A stretch of 64,000 bases of DNA from Marsupella aquatica (lineage: Eukaryota; Plantae; Marchantiophyta), in assembly GCA_973895155.1 (NCBI GenBank), contig OZ316891.1:3547801-3611800 (forward strand), read 5' to 3'. Shown here piece after piece: positions 13,840-25,200 of this stretch. Within the stretch, counting starts at the first letter, position 1. Each line of letters starts with the position of its first letter. The position numbers and the translations under genes are program-made. Under the pieces are notes generated by a model. That model was not told the DNA's origin. It ran no database searches and was given only the letters and a program-made list of their open reading frames with translations.

Positions 13840-15270
13840 GTGTTGCTTGCGCTGCTAACGGGAGTGTAGTCCAAAGCGAGTGTTGCGCAGCACCATGAGC
13901 TGTTGCGAGGGAGTCGAGGGAGCCGAGGATGGTGAGTGCTGAGTGTTCCACTCCTGCACTGCTGCCGGGAGCTATTGCTTTGTGAGGATTGCGAGGGAAG
14001 TGAAAGTTGTGCTGTGAGGGAGGCGAGGGAGGCGCTACGAGGGGGGCGAAAGCTACACTGTAAGGGAGGCGCTACAAGGGAGGCAAAAGCTGTGTTGTGA
14101 GGGAGGCGAGGGAGGCGACAGAGGTGAGTGCTGCACTATGATCAAGGGAAGTGTTGCGCTGCTAAGGAGGTGAGTGCTGCGCTGTGAGGGAGGCAAGCTA
14201 GGGTCGGAGTGCTCCGCTGTGAGGGTTGCAAGTGCTGCGCTGCTTGCTCAAACGGAGTGCTGCTCTATCAACTCTGGTATGGGAGTGCTCTTAATTTCTT
14301 GCTTTGACAATCAGGCTTTCTATGGATTGAAGTCATGTTCCAAATCGTAGGCTTAGTCAAGAGGAAGTAAGTTGCTTGCTTTGTTTGTGCTTCTCACTTT
14401 TTGCTGATTGAAATGAAGTGCTTTCGATCAGTTGCAGTTGGGCTGCGAGGTGGGCTACAAGGTGGGCTGCGATCGGGTTGGGAGTTGGGCTGCAATCTGG
14501 TTACTAGGCTGTGACCTGAGCTGGGCTGCATTGTGTTGCAATTTGTGAGTTGCATTGCCTGCAATCCGGTTGAGAGCTGAGCTACGCTGCTGCTGCAATC
14601 AAGTGCTCTTGGACTGCTGTTGCGATTGAGGCTGTTGGAGGATTGTTGCTGCAATTGAGGCCGGTGCTGCGATTGAGGCTGCTGCTGAACTGCTATGATT
14701 CAGAGCTATTGGTGAGAGACTGACCTTCCATTGTTGAGCTACGTTGCTACATTGAGCTACATTACTTGACCTGGTACTTTGCGCTGCGAGGTGGGCTGCG
14801 ATCGAGTTCAAAGTTGTGCTGCAATCTGGTTGAGCTGGGCTGCAATCCGAGCTAGAGCTGAGCTGCGCTAAGTTGCATTGCTTGCTTTGATAATATATTG
14901 TGCTACTCGCTGTGCTACTCGTTGTGCTACTCGTTGTGCTACTCGCTGTGCTACTCGGTGAGGTGATTTTACTTTGAAGATGAACTAAGTGCTATGAACC
15001 GGCTTATTGTAAATGGGATTGTAAAGGAGTTATGATCAAGCTCTAGTGAGCTCTCACAACAATGTTGTTGTTGATCAATGTTGCGCTGTAGCTAGATGCC
15101 ATTGCTTGACGTTGTGCTTTCAGCTGCATTTTCAGTTGCTGGGGTGCAATCAGGTTGAGAGGTGGGCTGCGCTGTAGGGAGAAACACTGGGCTGCCTCTG
15201 GAAATCAGAAAATCAGCTGAGACAACTTCCAAGCCGGGAGATTTCCAGGGAGATTTCAACTACGTTCAGG
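13840..15270 (+). repeat. Low-complexity GC-rich repeats in the element's left arm (GCTGC/GGGAGG motifs; TGCTACTCG(C/T)TG array at ~14900-14958)
   Basis: Degenerate short repeats are directly visible. Possible donor/acceptor pairs suggest a spliced 5' leader for the accessory gene (inference). Confidence 0.6.
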
Positions 15271-16334
15271 TACGGTCATTTTTAGAACTCGCTCCAGAGC
15301 TTAGTCTTCAAGTGAGCAATAGTTCTAGCTCATAGTGGAATAGGATTGACAACTCTTGTTCTACTACGGGGTATCGTTGCAGACTGAGTGATTTGTATTT
15401 TATTCATTGCTTATTGGAACCGAGGCTCAAACCAAAACTTGCTTTGTTTTCAGGCTCCTCTGGCTGTTGGACTGCTGTTGAGTTGCTGAGGGCTAATAAA
15501 AGTGTCCCATTTTTTACACCTCAAAGTGAAATCAAGTATGACTTAGGGGACTCGAACATGTTTGCAACATTAATTGCATGCTTACTAGTCTGGACCAGGC
15601 TCTGGACACTACATTGAAACTTGTTTTGCTTAGCTATCAATTTTGTAAGGACTAGGTCACACATCTTTGTGCGAAAGTGTGTTCATGTTGGGAAATTTTG
15701 ACCAGAACTTGTTGCTGGATAGTTCTTATTGAATGATTCAGTTCACCCTCAGGTAGTTGCAGGGGTACAGGCAAAGCAAGGGGCTGTTGAGGAGCACCTA
15801 TCTTTATGCTTCTGTAACCTCTACTAAAATGTTGAGTTGAGGTATAGTACGGGACCTGTGCTGGTATTAAATTTTACGTCTGTCATTTCCATCCATGACT
15901 TCAACCATTTCTAGTCGAGCAGAAGTTTGTTTAGCTTCAAATGTAGTAGGGGAATTCTAATGTAGTCCATGAAGTTAATTTTGACATGTGGGCAATGTTG
16001 CTTCTATTCACCAGAGTTGATGTTGAGCTGCTGGCGGATCAAACTCTTTTTGAAGTGTGGTGCCTGGAGACGTTGCAAGATTCTTTAGGTCTGTCAAACG
16101 CAGAGGCAGTTGAGGTGTTGCCCCATTCTGATTACTTGTAGACATTGTTACTGGTAGACATTGTTAATTCATCATTTACAAAAAAGTGTCATGGCTATAT
16201 TGAAGATTACCCTAGAGGAGAATTATGAGAAGCTCCTTTTGCAGCATCCAGACGAATGCTGCTGGTGTGAATCCTGTGTCAAGTGCAGGGTTGGCAATGG
16301 CAATTTTTAATGGTTCCATTGCTTTTGCTTGAAA

Positions 16335-17586
16335 ATGCGCGGAAGACTTGTTACTAGGACATACATGGCAAAGAACGGCAAAGTTGTCACACGCCGCTGG
16401 AAGTGCTCTTGTATAAGGCCAACCATTTGGCCTCAAAATGAGTGTCTTTTACGCAAGATTGTCATCCCGGACACGCTTGACATTGTAGTCCCTGATAGTA
16501 TTCCACATATAACTGAGCTTGATATTGTAGCCCTAGATAGTATTCCAGATCAAGCTAAGGTTACAACCCATGGATGCTTGACATTGTAGTCCCTGATAGT
16601 ACATGGATGCGTTGTTCATATATGACTAGGCCTTTGTTTGCAAGGCTGCAATTGTACCATCCATGATATATGAGAATATTTTTCATTCCCATTATGTGGC
16701 AAAGTTTTGCAAGCTGGCATTGTATTTATGTATGTCTTGGTTGGTCTGTGCTCAGGTTGCACTGTGTAGTTGACTTCATCTGGGAGGGAGGTTTGCAGAT
16801 CGTTGGAGCAGGTGCTATGATTAACCTTATCTTTGTCTATGGATTGCCGACTATCATACATGTCCCCCTCATATGTGATGTGCTTTGTGATGATTGCAGT
16901 TGTAACCATGCCGACAAGGAATTCAAACATGAAGAAAGCAACACAGTCCTCTGACAAAGGAGCCTCTTTAGAAGAGGTATTGTGTATTCCGTTGTTCTCT
17001 GAGCAAGAGATTCTACAAACTAGCCCTCATGTTTGTGAAATTTGTGAGCATGGTGGGAAGTTGGTAATTTGTGATGGGCCATGTCACAGGCAATTTCATT
17101 ATGTGGTTGGAGATGAAGCCCCTAATGACTCTTGCCCCTGTGTAGTCCTTCCCCTCCATCGTGGAGGGAAGCCATGGTTTTGCCCAAATTGTAACCAGGA
17201 CCAGGCCATGTGTTATGGGTGCCGCACTGTGGGACCGTCACCTACAATTGTGCGAAAATGCTCTGATCATTTTTGTGTACGATTTTATTGCTTTGGGTGT
17301 TTGGTAGCTGATGCAAAGTCCTGCCCATTGCATACATGTGTGACATGTTATCAGAGTCTTGAGGGTACGTCAGATGGTCAAGAACATGGTACAATGTCTA
17401 CGATGTCCAAATGCCTGGCATACAGATTGTCTCCAAATGATCAAAAGCAAAGGGTTTGCTCATGATAGGGACATCTGGGAACATGAAGCACATGGACAAC
17501 AGCGACAAATGTTTTATTGCCCCCGTCATCCTATTGATCCACACCTCAAGACTCCAATCTGGGACCACATTTCATGGCTCCAATGA
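16335..17586 (+). pseudogene. Transposon-borne EDM2-like (NSD-type) tandem PHD-finger gene, frameshifted
   Basis: 17030-17586 reads VCEICEHGGKLVICDGPCHRQFH...WFCPNC...CYGC...KCSDHFCVRFYCFGC...CPLHTCVTC [frameshift ~17370] QCLRCPNAWHTDCL...FYCPRHPIDPHLKTPIWDHISW. This matches the EDM2 PHD cluster and its YCxxHxIDxxLxTPxxDHI tail as I recall it. The upstream part is decayed and has three DIVVPDS-type repeats at ~16480-16600. The start is uncertain. Confidence 0.8.
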
Positions 17587-19213
17587 TCTGAATAATGAAC
17601 AAACCTATTACTTAGGTTTCAACGTCGTAGTGGAGTATGAGCAAGGCAAATACTTAAGCTGCATCATGGGTGGTAGTACTCAATTTTATTAGTGTTGACC
17701 ATTTGTCATAATTAAGGTCACTAATAGTGCTGCATTTTGATGAGCAGAAGCACTAAACCTCAGGAATTGTTAGAAAACCAGGCGAAAAGGATATTTTGTC
17801 CAAAGATATTTTATCCAACTTTAACGGTATATCATGATTTTCACTCAATACATTTTGCATGTATGATGGATTGCATTATAAAGTGTTTTGGCCTATTAGC
17901 ACTTCTTTTGTTAAAAGTTTGCTGACAGTATGTATATTACATGAGAATGTGTCTGTTGTCATTGCATCTCTTGAAAATCCTAATGTTTTTGCATTGTGTG
18001 TATTTCAAATGTATTTGTGCAGGTCTTCTTGTTATCGACTCCAAAAGCAATTGTGCTATGCATGTTCTAGATTTGTATTGCAATGGCAGCCCCTAAACCC
18101 AACTCTGTGAAATTAATACGCAAAGTTGGGGATGACAAGGCTGATTTACCAATCTGTGTTTTGTCATTCAAAGGACACACCCTACATGATTTTAGGGCTC
18201 GTATTGGCTCTACTCTAGACTTTGACTTTGATTTTTGGGATGAGAGACTTCCTGGTCGAGTGAAACCTGTACATGAGAAATTAATTGATCTGTCTAAGTT
18301 GGATGGAAGAGTTATTGTCACATCATCAGCCTTGGCCTTAACTCGGGCTTCAGCTTTAAACGGGCACCTCCTTCGTAAATATGAGGGTTCGGGCAGGGAG
18401 GGAAGAGCGTAATGCACCTAATTCATGTAAACTAGCGCTAAGTGCGCCTACTGTTAGATACGAACATCTCCTAGGTATGGTTTGTGTTCTGCCGCCGGAA
18501 CGTACCTTAGTCGATAACAGGATCAACCCCGGCTTAAGGACTTCTAAGCCTTCGTGTTGTCCACCTTCGATCCGGATTCTATGATACAGGTCCTCAACCC
18601 GTGCTCGCAACCACATACCCGCAAGCTGCACCCCGTGCACGACTCGGGTAGTGCATTCGGCCCGGCGTTGTCACCTATACACGAGATTCACACAAACATA
18701 CACGCGTACAAGCATACAATCTCGATTTACACGAAGGAAATAATGGGAAAGGATTTTACTACATAGGGGACATGTGCGTACACTTGGTTGACCCGATAGC
18801 TCCGAAATGAACAGGTTCAAGGCCGAGAGAGCATACTACAACGGAGCCCGGCTCCGCACTCGCCCGACGAGCTTAGTCCTACCCCCTCCCCTTGGTACTC
18901 TTTCACTCCCAGAGGTCGGGACTCCCCGCACATACCACGGATGTCCAACTCTGAGACTAAAAAGCCCCCCTGCCTCTATCGAGGGGTGCACTAAATACTA
19001 AGGGCCGGGGAATGGAGTGTCCTCCCGCCTGAAGATTTGCTGACTTAGGTCCTAACTAATCTGACTGTCAAGCCGAAAAACGGCTGTGTCTTATTAGAAG
19101 ATCTTAATCTACGTAGGCTGGACAGCATGGCAGTGCTGCGGTAACTAAGGCAGGTGCCTGTCCCAATAGCCTGACTTAGCTACTCCTAACCCTATTCTAT
19201 TCCTACTCCGCCG

Positions 19214-22103
19214 CTAATGCCTGGCACGCTTGCCAGGGCCGCCCGAGTGGGAGCGGCCATCCCGCTGCTTACGAAGTCTGTCGTTGTCCGCCTTGAGGAG
19301 CTGGACCTGGTCCAGCAGAGATTTGTTCTCTCGCTTCGCCGCGTCTGTCTCCTCTGCTGCCTCCTGGCATGCCTCCTCCAGCTGCTGGGCATCGCTCGTC
19401 AGCTTTCCCGCCAGCTGGTCCTGCTTCTCGGCTTCGGTTTGGAGCCGCGCCACTTCGGCCTGTAGCGTGGCTATCTCCGCAGTGTCTTGCTGGGCCCGTT
19501 CTTCGGCCTCCTCCAGGTCTTTCTACCAGATGACAGTTTGATTCTTCAAACTGTCAATCTGGTTCCGGAGTCGTGCAATCTCGGCCTCGTTACCCAGCTT
19601 TGGCCTGCTCGGCTAGGCGGTAAGGGCATGCGCCTTTGCTAACAAATCATTGGCGGCTGCAACTTTGGGTCGTAGTTGCAGAAGCTCAGCCTCTTGAGCC
19701 GCAACTTCGTTCTTTAAGTATACGGACTCCACCCAGTATCGCTCTATCCTCTAAAGGGCCTCTGGCTGGGCCCGACCTGCCTTTACTGCGGCAACTAACT
19801 CCTGATTGAAGAAACAAGCTACCTTTCGGGCCATGAACTCCCCGGTATCCCGGGCAATTTGATGAGAGAAATCTCCCAGAAGCCCGTTCAGAAATGTACC
19901 CGGTACGAAGAGTTCTGGGTGGTCCAGGTTGTGCCTGTCCGGAGTTGGGCACGGGCAGACGTCAACACGCGCGGGGGCCGGGGTAGTGACATCCAGCCCT
20001 GGGGATCGACGCAATGTTGGAAGGGGCTGGAGTGTCCTCCTGCAGCAATGTTCAGTTTTCTGGAATAGCCACCGGTGGGTCTTTGGGAGACCCGGGCTCG
20101 AGTAAGACCTCCGCTGTACCGACTTCGATACTTAGCCTGTCCTGTTGGATCGCATCTACGGTTGCGATAGCCGACCCATCCGGTACCTCCTTGGTTACGA
20201 CTACAACTACTTGTGGAGGTAGGGTGGATGAAGCTTGCGCGTCCGCTGGACTTCGGGCCTCGGGTTGGGGCCATCTCTCCAAGGCCGGAAAAACCCACCT
20301 AGCTGGGACCAGCTTTGTAACGTTGACACGAGGAAGGGTTTGTCGATCAAACCGAGCGTACCACTCAAGAATGATCTCGATGTGGCTAGCAAAATACGCC
20401 TTCCCGCCAATGTACAGCGTCTTCCTTTGCCGCTCCATCTCTTCATGGAATTTCTTAGCGAAGTACGACGCCCACTTCCTAGGTCGATAGTTCTTGACCT
20501 GGATAACCTGGGCGGCGGAGATCTCCCCCCGGGGTTCCATCATGTGGAGGGCGTACCTTTGGAACTCCAGTCGCTCAGCTATCTCGGGGATGAGGCAGGT
20601 CCTCATCACAAACCCGTTGTCCACTGCTCCCTCTGAGGGAAAACTTGAGGATTGGTACTTGGCTCCCTTGCCCCCGGGAGCCCGTGATTCGACTCGATGG
20701 TCACCTTCGGGTAATCCGAAGATCATCTTGAGCCGTTCTTCCATGAGGGACATATTCCTTCCCCGCAGCCGAGTATGTTGACGTGCGTCATCATAATTCT
20801 TGACGAACTCCGTCATGTCCTCCCGGTAGTACCTGCAAGTGTTCCAGGGGAGAGAGGCGAGGTGCTTGAATCCCTGAGTCTTCAAGTACATCGCATGCTT
20901 GGGATGGAGGATGTTCTTATGCACGTTTTCCCCCATGCGGTGCATAGTCACCTTGGCCACGGCTACCGTGGCCAATGGTAACCCGGATGCAGTGGCGGGT
21001 TTCTTCCTCTTCTTCCCCCATGACTGGCTCGGGGAAGGTGACACCTCCCCATCCTCTCGATCGGGGATAGGTAGTGCTACCGCCGTTAGTATTGGTCCCG
21101 GGGGCCACGGTCACCGTGTTGTCTGCTGGAGCCGCTCCTTGGGTCCGAGCATGGGGAGGGGACGATGTAGTGTCGGCCCCCTGAGTGTTTGCTCCTCTGG
21201 GCCACCTGAGCAAGGGTGGGGTAGCCTCGTCGTCGTCGCTAAGGTCCACAGCGTTGATGACGAAGCGTACTTGTACTGCTGGCGGGGCGATCGGTGGTGG
21301 GGGTTGGCTAGGCTGAGGCTGAGACTGAGGCTGAAGCTGAGCCTGAGCCTGAGTCTGCGTTGGTGCGGGTACGGGTATGGGGTCCACTGGGCTGGCGCCG
21401 GCGGTTGCGGGTCTAGTTCCCATGAAGCTCTGCAGGTGCTGGTAGAAGTTCTCCGAAGCAAGTGCGGACAACCTTGTCGAACGTGTAGTGTTGGACTCGC
21501 TGTTGATGATAGCCCGAACCTGAGCAGGGATGTGGTCAAAGTGATGTCGTTGCAAGTCGATCATACCCGGGATATTGAAGACCTTGTCCAAAAGCCAAAG
21601 CTCGGGGGTCTCACTATATGGGGACCTCCCCATCGCCTGCGACGTTTTTAGGCCTCGGACCCCCTAAAATGTAAGAAAAAAAATTTATTTTTTAACCCCT
21701 ATAAAGTTGGAATATTCTTGGAATATTCTAAAATTTGGATTAAGAAGACCCTTATATTCTTATAAGTCTCAAAATTGAATTTAAAAGACCCTATTGTTCT
21801 TCTACAAAAATTCTTAAGTCTTCCCTTAGAACCAATAAAATGACCCTATCCTTCGTCGCACGTGATATGCCATTTTTGTGGAAGTGAGACCCCCGAGAGC
21901 CAAAGCAATGCTTCCCAGAAACCGATGTATTTGTCTCCGTTGAAGAAGTACCCAGATACCTCTGCTGGTCGATAAAGCTCGCTCTGAGACGGGTAGTCAA
22001 AGTTAAGGATGTAGTGGTGTCGTCCTGCTAGGCGGATGGCTCTCTCGTACTTGCATTCGATTTTGTATCGGCGCGGGTTGGCGTGTTTCAATGAGTCGGC
22101 CAA
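19214..22103 (-). pseudogene. Long accessory ORF of the LTR-type insert: Pro/Gln-rich linker, Athila-ORF1/plant-transposon-protein-like domain, C-terminal coiled coil
   Basis: ORF pieces 21846-22103 and 20917-21633 join once the MITE is removed (GFWEALLWL|LDKVFNIP). 20052-21044 contains EFVKNYD...LRGRNMSL...LKMIFGLP, resembling the EFYAN...VRG...LGLP motif of Athila/Tat additional ORFs. Heptad-rich 19214-19750. Frameshifts and stops present. Confidence 0.65.
21601..21897 (-). mobile_element. MITE, CTCGGGGG-TIR family, copy 2 (nested in the LTR-type insert)
   Basis: Perfect TIRs CTCGGGGGTCTCACT and AGTGAGACCCCCGAG. TSD AGCCAAAG at 21593-21600 and 21898-21905. Confidence 0.97.
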
Positions 22104-22269
22104 GTGTCTTCCGGTAGACCGGAACTGCGTCCAGAATCAAATGGCCGAACTGGAGAGGATCGTGTGCGACATTTAGAGGAGATAGTAGTGGCGACTAAGA
22201 GAGAACGAGAGAGCTGGGGTCGAAGCTGGCACGTGGACTGATGGACTGGTGCACTACAAAGGGTCGGCT

Positions 22270-22283
22270 CCCTTTTTATATAC
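22270..22283 (-). promoter_or_regulatory. TATA box of the insert's accessory gene
   Basis: Minus-strand GGTATATAAAAAGGG about 170 bp upstream of the ORF, followed by a CT-rich leader. Confidence 0.5.
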
Positions 22284-25200
22284 CTTGAGGGCTTATCGAT
22301 CCCCCGACATCTCCTTGTTGCTTATAGGCTGAACCGTTCACGCTTGTAGTGTACCGGCGACTCCGCCGGTCTGAGTCACCGCGTGTCAGTGGATGCCTCC
22401 TGAAGTTTGTTATACGGACCCGAGGGAGGGGCCCCTCCACGCTTGTAACCCGGGCGTGCGAATGGCGACGCGCCACCAGCCCGAACATGAATTTCCCTTA
22501 TTGACTAATGATTTCCTACTCATAATGGCTACCTAAATACTATCGTTATGCTAATCATAGCGGCCTAAGATAACCCTAACGCGCATGCTAAGCACGGTTT
22601 AGACTGAATTACTCATTACTCGCTGTACCGGCGGCGTCACAGTTATTGTTGTACAACAAGAACTTGGAGATGGTGGGAGGATCCCACCAGTACCCTATCA
22701 TCCTTGCACTCCTGCATCATTGGGTCCAAATACTAGGACACCACAACTGGGGCCAACAGCACCAATACCCTCCCCTATAAGGGCTTCTTTTGAGTCACAA
22801 TTGATGGGAGATGTCCCATCAAAGCTATGGAAAGATGAGTGGATGAGGTTAGAGAAATGGGTACATAAGAAGGGTTATGGTGATCACAATTGGAGAAGTC
22901 GTACCTGGGATGAGGGGACAGATGTTTGAGGGCATCTGAGTGTCTTGAATGTAGGGAAACTTATGGCAATGCAGACAACTCTCATAACCCTAAATCCATC
23001 TCCAATTGCTTTAGTAATTTTAAGACCAAACACTTGGTCTTCAATAAGCACAAGGATAACTATTGTCGGATAAGGGGCATTCCTTCTACTTTGGTTCAGA
23101 TAGCAGACATCTCTGAGAAGCCAGAATATGATCATGCAAATGCCATCAAAGTAGGCATTGAGATAGTTCAGCGATTGAATGCGGAGCTTGGGGATGATGG
23201 CAAACTATTCTCTATTGTTCCTGATCCCAGTACTCCTGAGTATGCAAACAGGTCTTTCCTATTTAAGGTTCGTTGTACTGTCTGTGGAATGCTTCACACT
23301 GACTTGTGCCCCAAGAAGCTTACCTTGGAGCCCAATTTGAGGACACACTTAGTGAGTCGAGATCACTTGGATGCATTGGAGACAAGGCATGACACAAAAA
23401 TGCTTGCCTTGAGGTCTGGGAAGAGGGGCAGGCCAAAGAGGACTGATTCTAGGGACCTACATCCTGGTCAGAGCGGGATTTTGAAGTTCTTTAAAGATGA
23501 TGGGTCCCGAACAGGCAGCAGTTCAGGTTCAGGTTCAGGTGTGTGTGAATCTGTTGATCTTGGTCTGAGTTTGCTTTGTTGGGGATTATGGGTAGAGAGA
23601 GGTGTGCCTCGAGTGTTATGGAAGGGTATATCTTATGATATTTCCAGCATTTTGGATGATCAGTCTGGGGGAATTACATGGCATTGTGAGCCAAGTTGTT
23701 GCTTGGATGTTTTCCATCCAAGAAGAGACTGTGTTGTGAGTATAGCAGGCTGTTTTAGACACAAGGATTGCTTGAGGTTATCAGAGAATGGAGGAGGATT
23801 TGAAAATCTAACTTGTAGTGAATGTGATTCTATAACACTAGAAGATGATTTTCGTGGACGGGTGCACAGGGAAGCGGAAGCAGTAGTCCACAGAGGGAGC
23901 CGAACCACTGCTGGTGGTATACGATTGGATTATTTGACCAACCCAGAGTTAAGAGATCCAGTGCACAAGCTGAACTCTGTGCGACGAAAAGAGCGTTGGT
24001 TGTTAGCTTTGCAGGCTCAGAAAGTATGTGCCTTGAGCACCAGGAAAAGAAAACTAGAGGAGTTGTTAGGAGTTGCAACAGACAGGAAGGATTTGAGATT
24101 GTTTCTTAGGAGTATTTTGAATGGACACAGGAATGGTGCATTTGGTGGTAAGGAGGGTTTGTGGGATTTCTTGAAGGATGTAGCTCGCAATTTAGGCAGG
24201 AAGCCAAAAGGTAATCATTACACTCAGTAATAGGACTCGAGCTATTGCTCAGGTTATGTTCCAATTTGGGGGCCGTCAAGTTGCTCATTGTTTTGCACGA
24301 AACTTGACAGCCCCTAGCCTTGTGACCCTAAAACGTGATAGAGCAAAACTCACACCTTTTCAAACCGGGTTACGGAAGGAAACCTTTCAGGAGATTGCTA
24401 GAGTGTTGTCTGCTGCAAAGCACTCATTGGGCATTGAGGGGGATGTGCCTGTTATCTTTGCTGAGGATGAAACAAGGATCAAAGAACGCCCTAGGTAATT
24501 GGAACTGGACGTTTTTCCAATTGTTTTTTTAATGACTTTACAAGTAGCACTTGGCTGGAATTTCTCTGATATTGAAAAATTGCATGTCTGTGTTTCAGGT
24601 GGGAGGCAAAGTATGATACTCTCATTGGTTTTGTGGACCTTCAGAGCAGCATGTATGCTCCTATGGTTTGGAAATTCTAGTTGGTGAAGGTGATGAGGGG
24701 TATGATAAAATTGTAAGTACATTTGAACAATGCCCCAAGTGCATGTATGCTCGAGTTGTGATTGTGAATCCTCTGCATGAGTCCTTACCTAAATTGGTTG
24801 TGTGTGCACTGTCTTCCAACTTGTAATAAGTTCACAGCTTCTTGGGTACGAGAGCATTGGGTCCAGTTAAAGGCTTTTTGGGATGAATATTGTAGAGCTA
24901 TGGTAGGCCCTTTGCTTGGACATGCTAGTGATGGTGATGCACGTCGCCGAAAGTTGATGCTGGAAGATTACAGAGGGCAGAATGGATCATACCCAAGGTA
25001 CGGAGTTGGGTGGGAAGGGTGGGCTTACTCTGTTTCAATTCTACCAAATGGGGATTTGTATGGCTTTGGTGACAAAGACCAACCTCATAATGGAAAAAAG
25101 ATGATAAACCCCTTAGACAGAGTGTCTTCTTTACTGGTGCTAGGAGATCAACATGCATCATTATTTATGTAGCTAATGTCTACAATCATTATCCAATTCA

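Larger units (their letters stand above)
18316..22641. mobile_element. TG...CA insertion with 5-bp TSD; probable ~4-kb solo LTR of a Gypsy (Tat/Athila-like) element
   Basis: Starts TGTCACATC and ends GGCGTCACA. TSD GTTAT at 18311-18315 and 22642-22646. Removing it restores the transposase frame. Clearly higher GC than the flanks. No direct repeat seen between the two ends, and no gag, RT or IN motifs. Confidence 0.8.

Noticed and set aside
20899-21651. 250-aa plus-strand ORF and other plus-strand ORFs in the insert
   Set aside because: Antisense shadows of the GC-rich minus-strand gene.
18407-22642. Alternative insert boundary with a 2-bp AG microhomology, suggesting a tyrosine-recombinase element
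   Set aside because: The boundary at 18316 gives canonical TG...CA ends plus a perfect 5-bp TSD and also restores the frame. No recombinase motifs seen.
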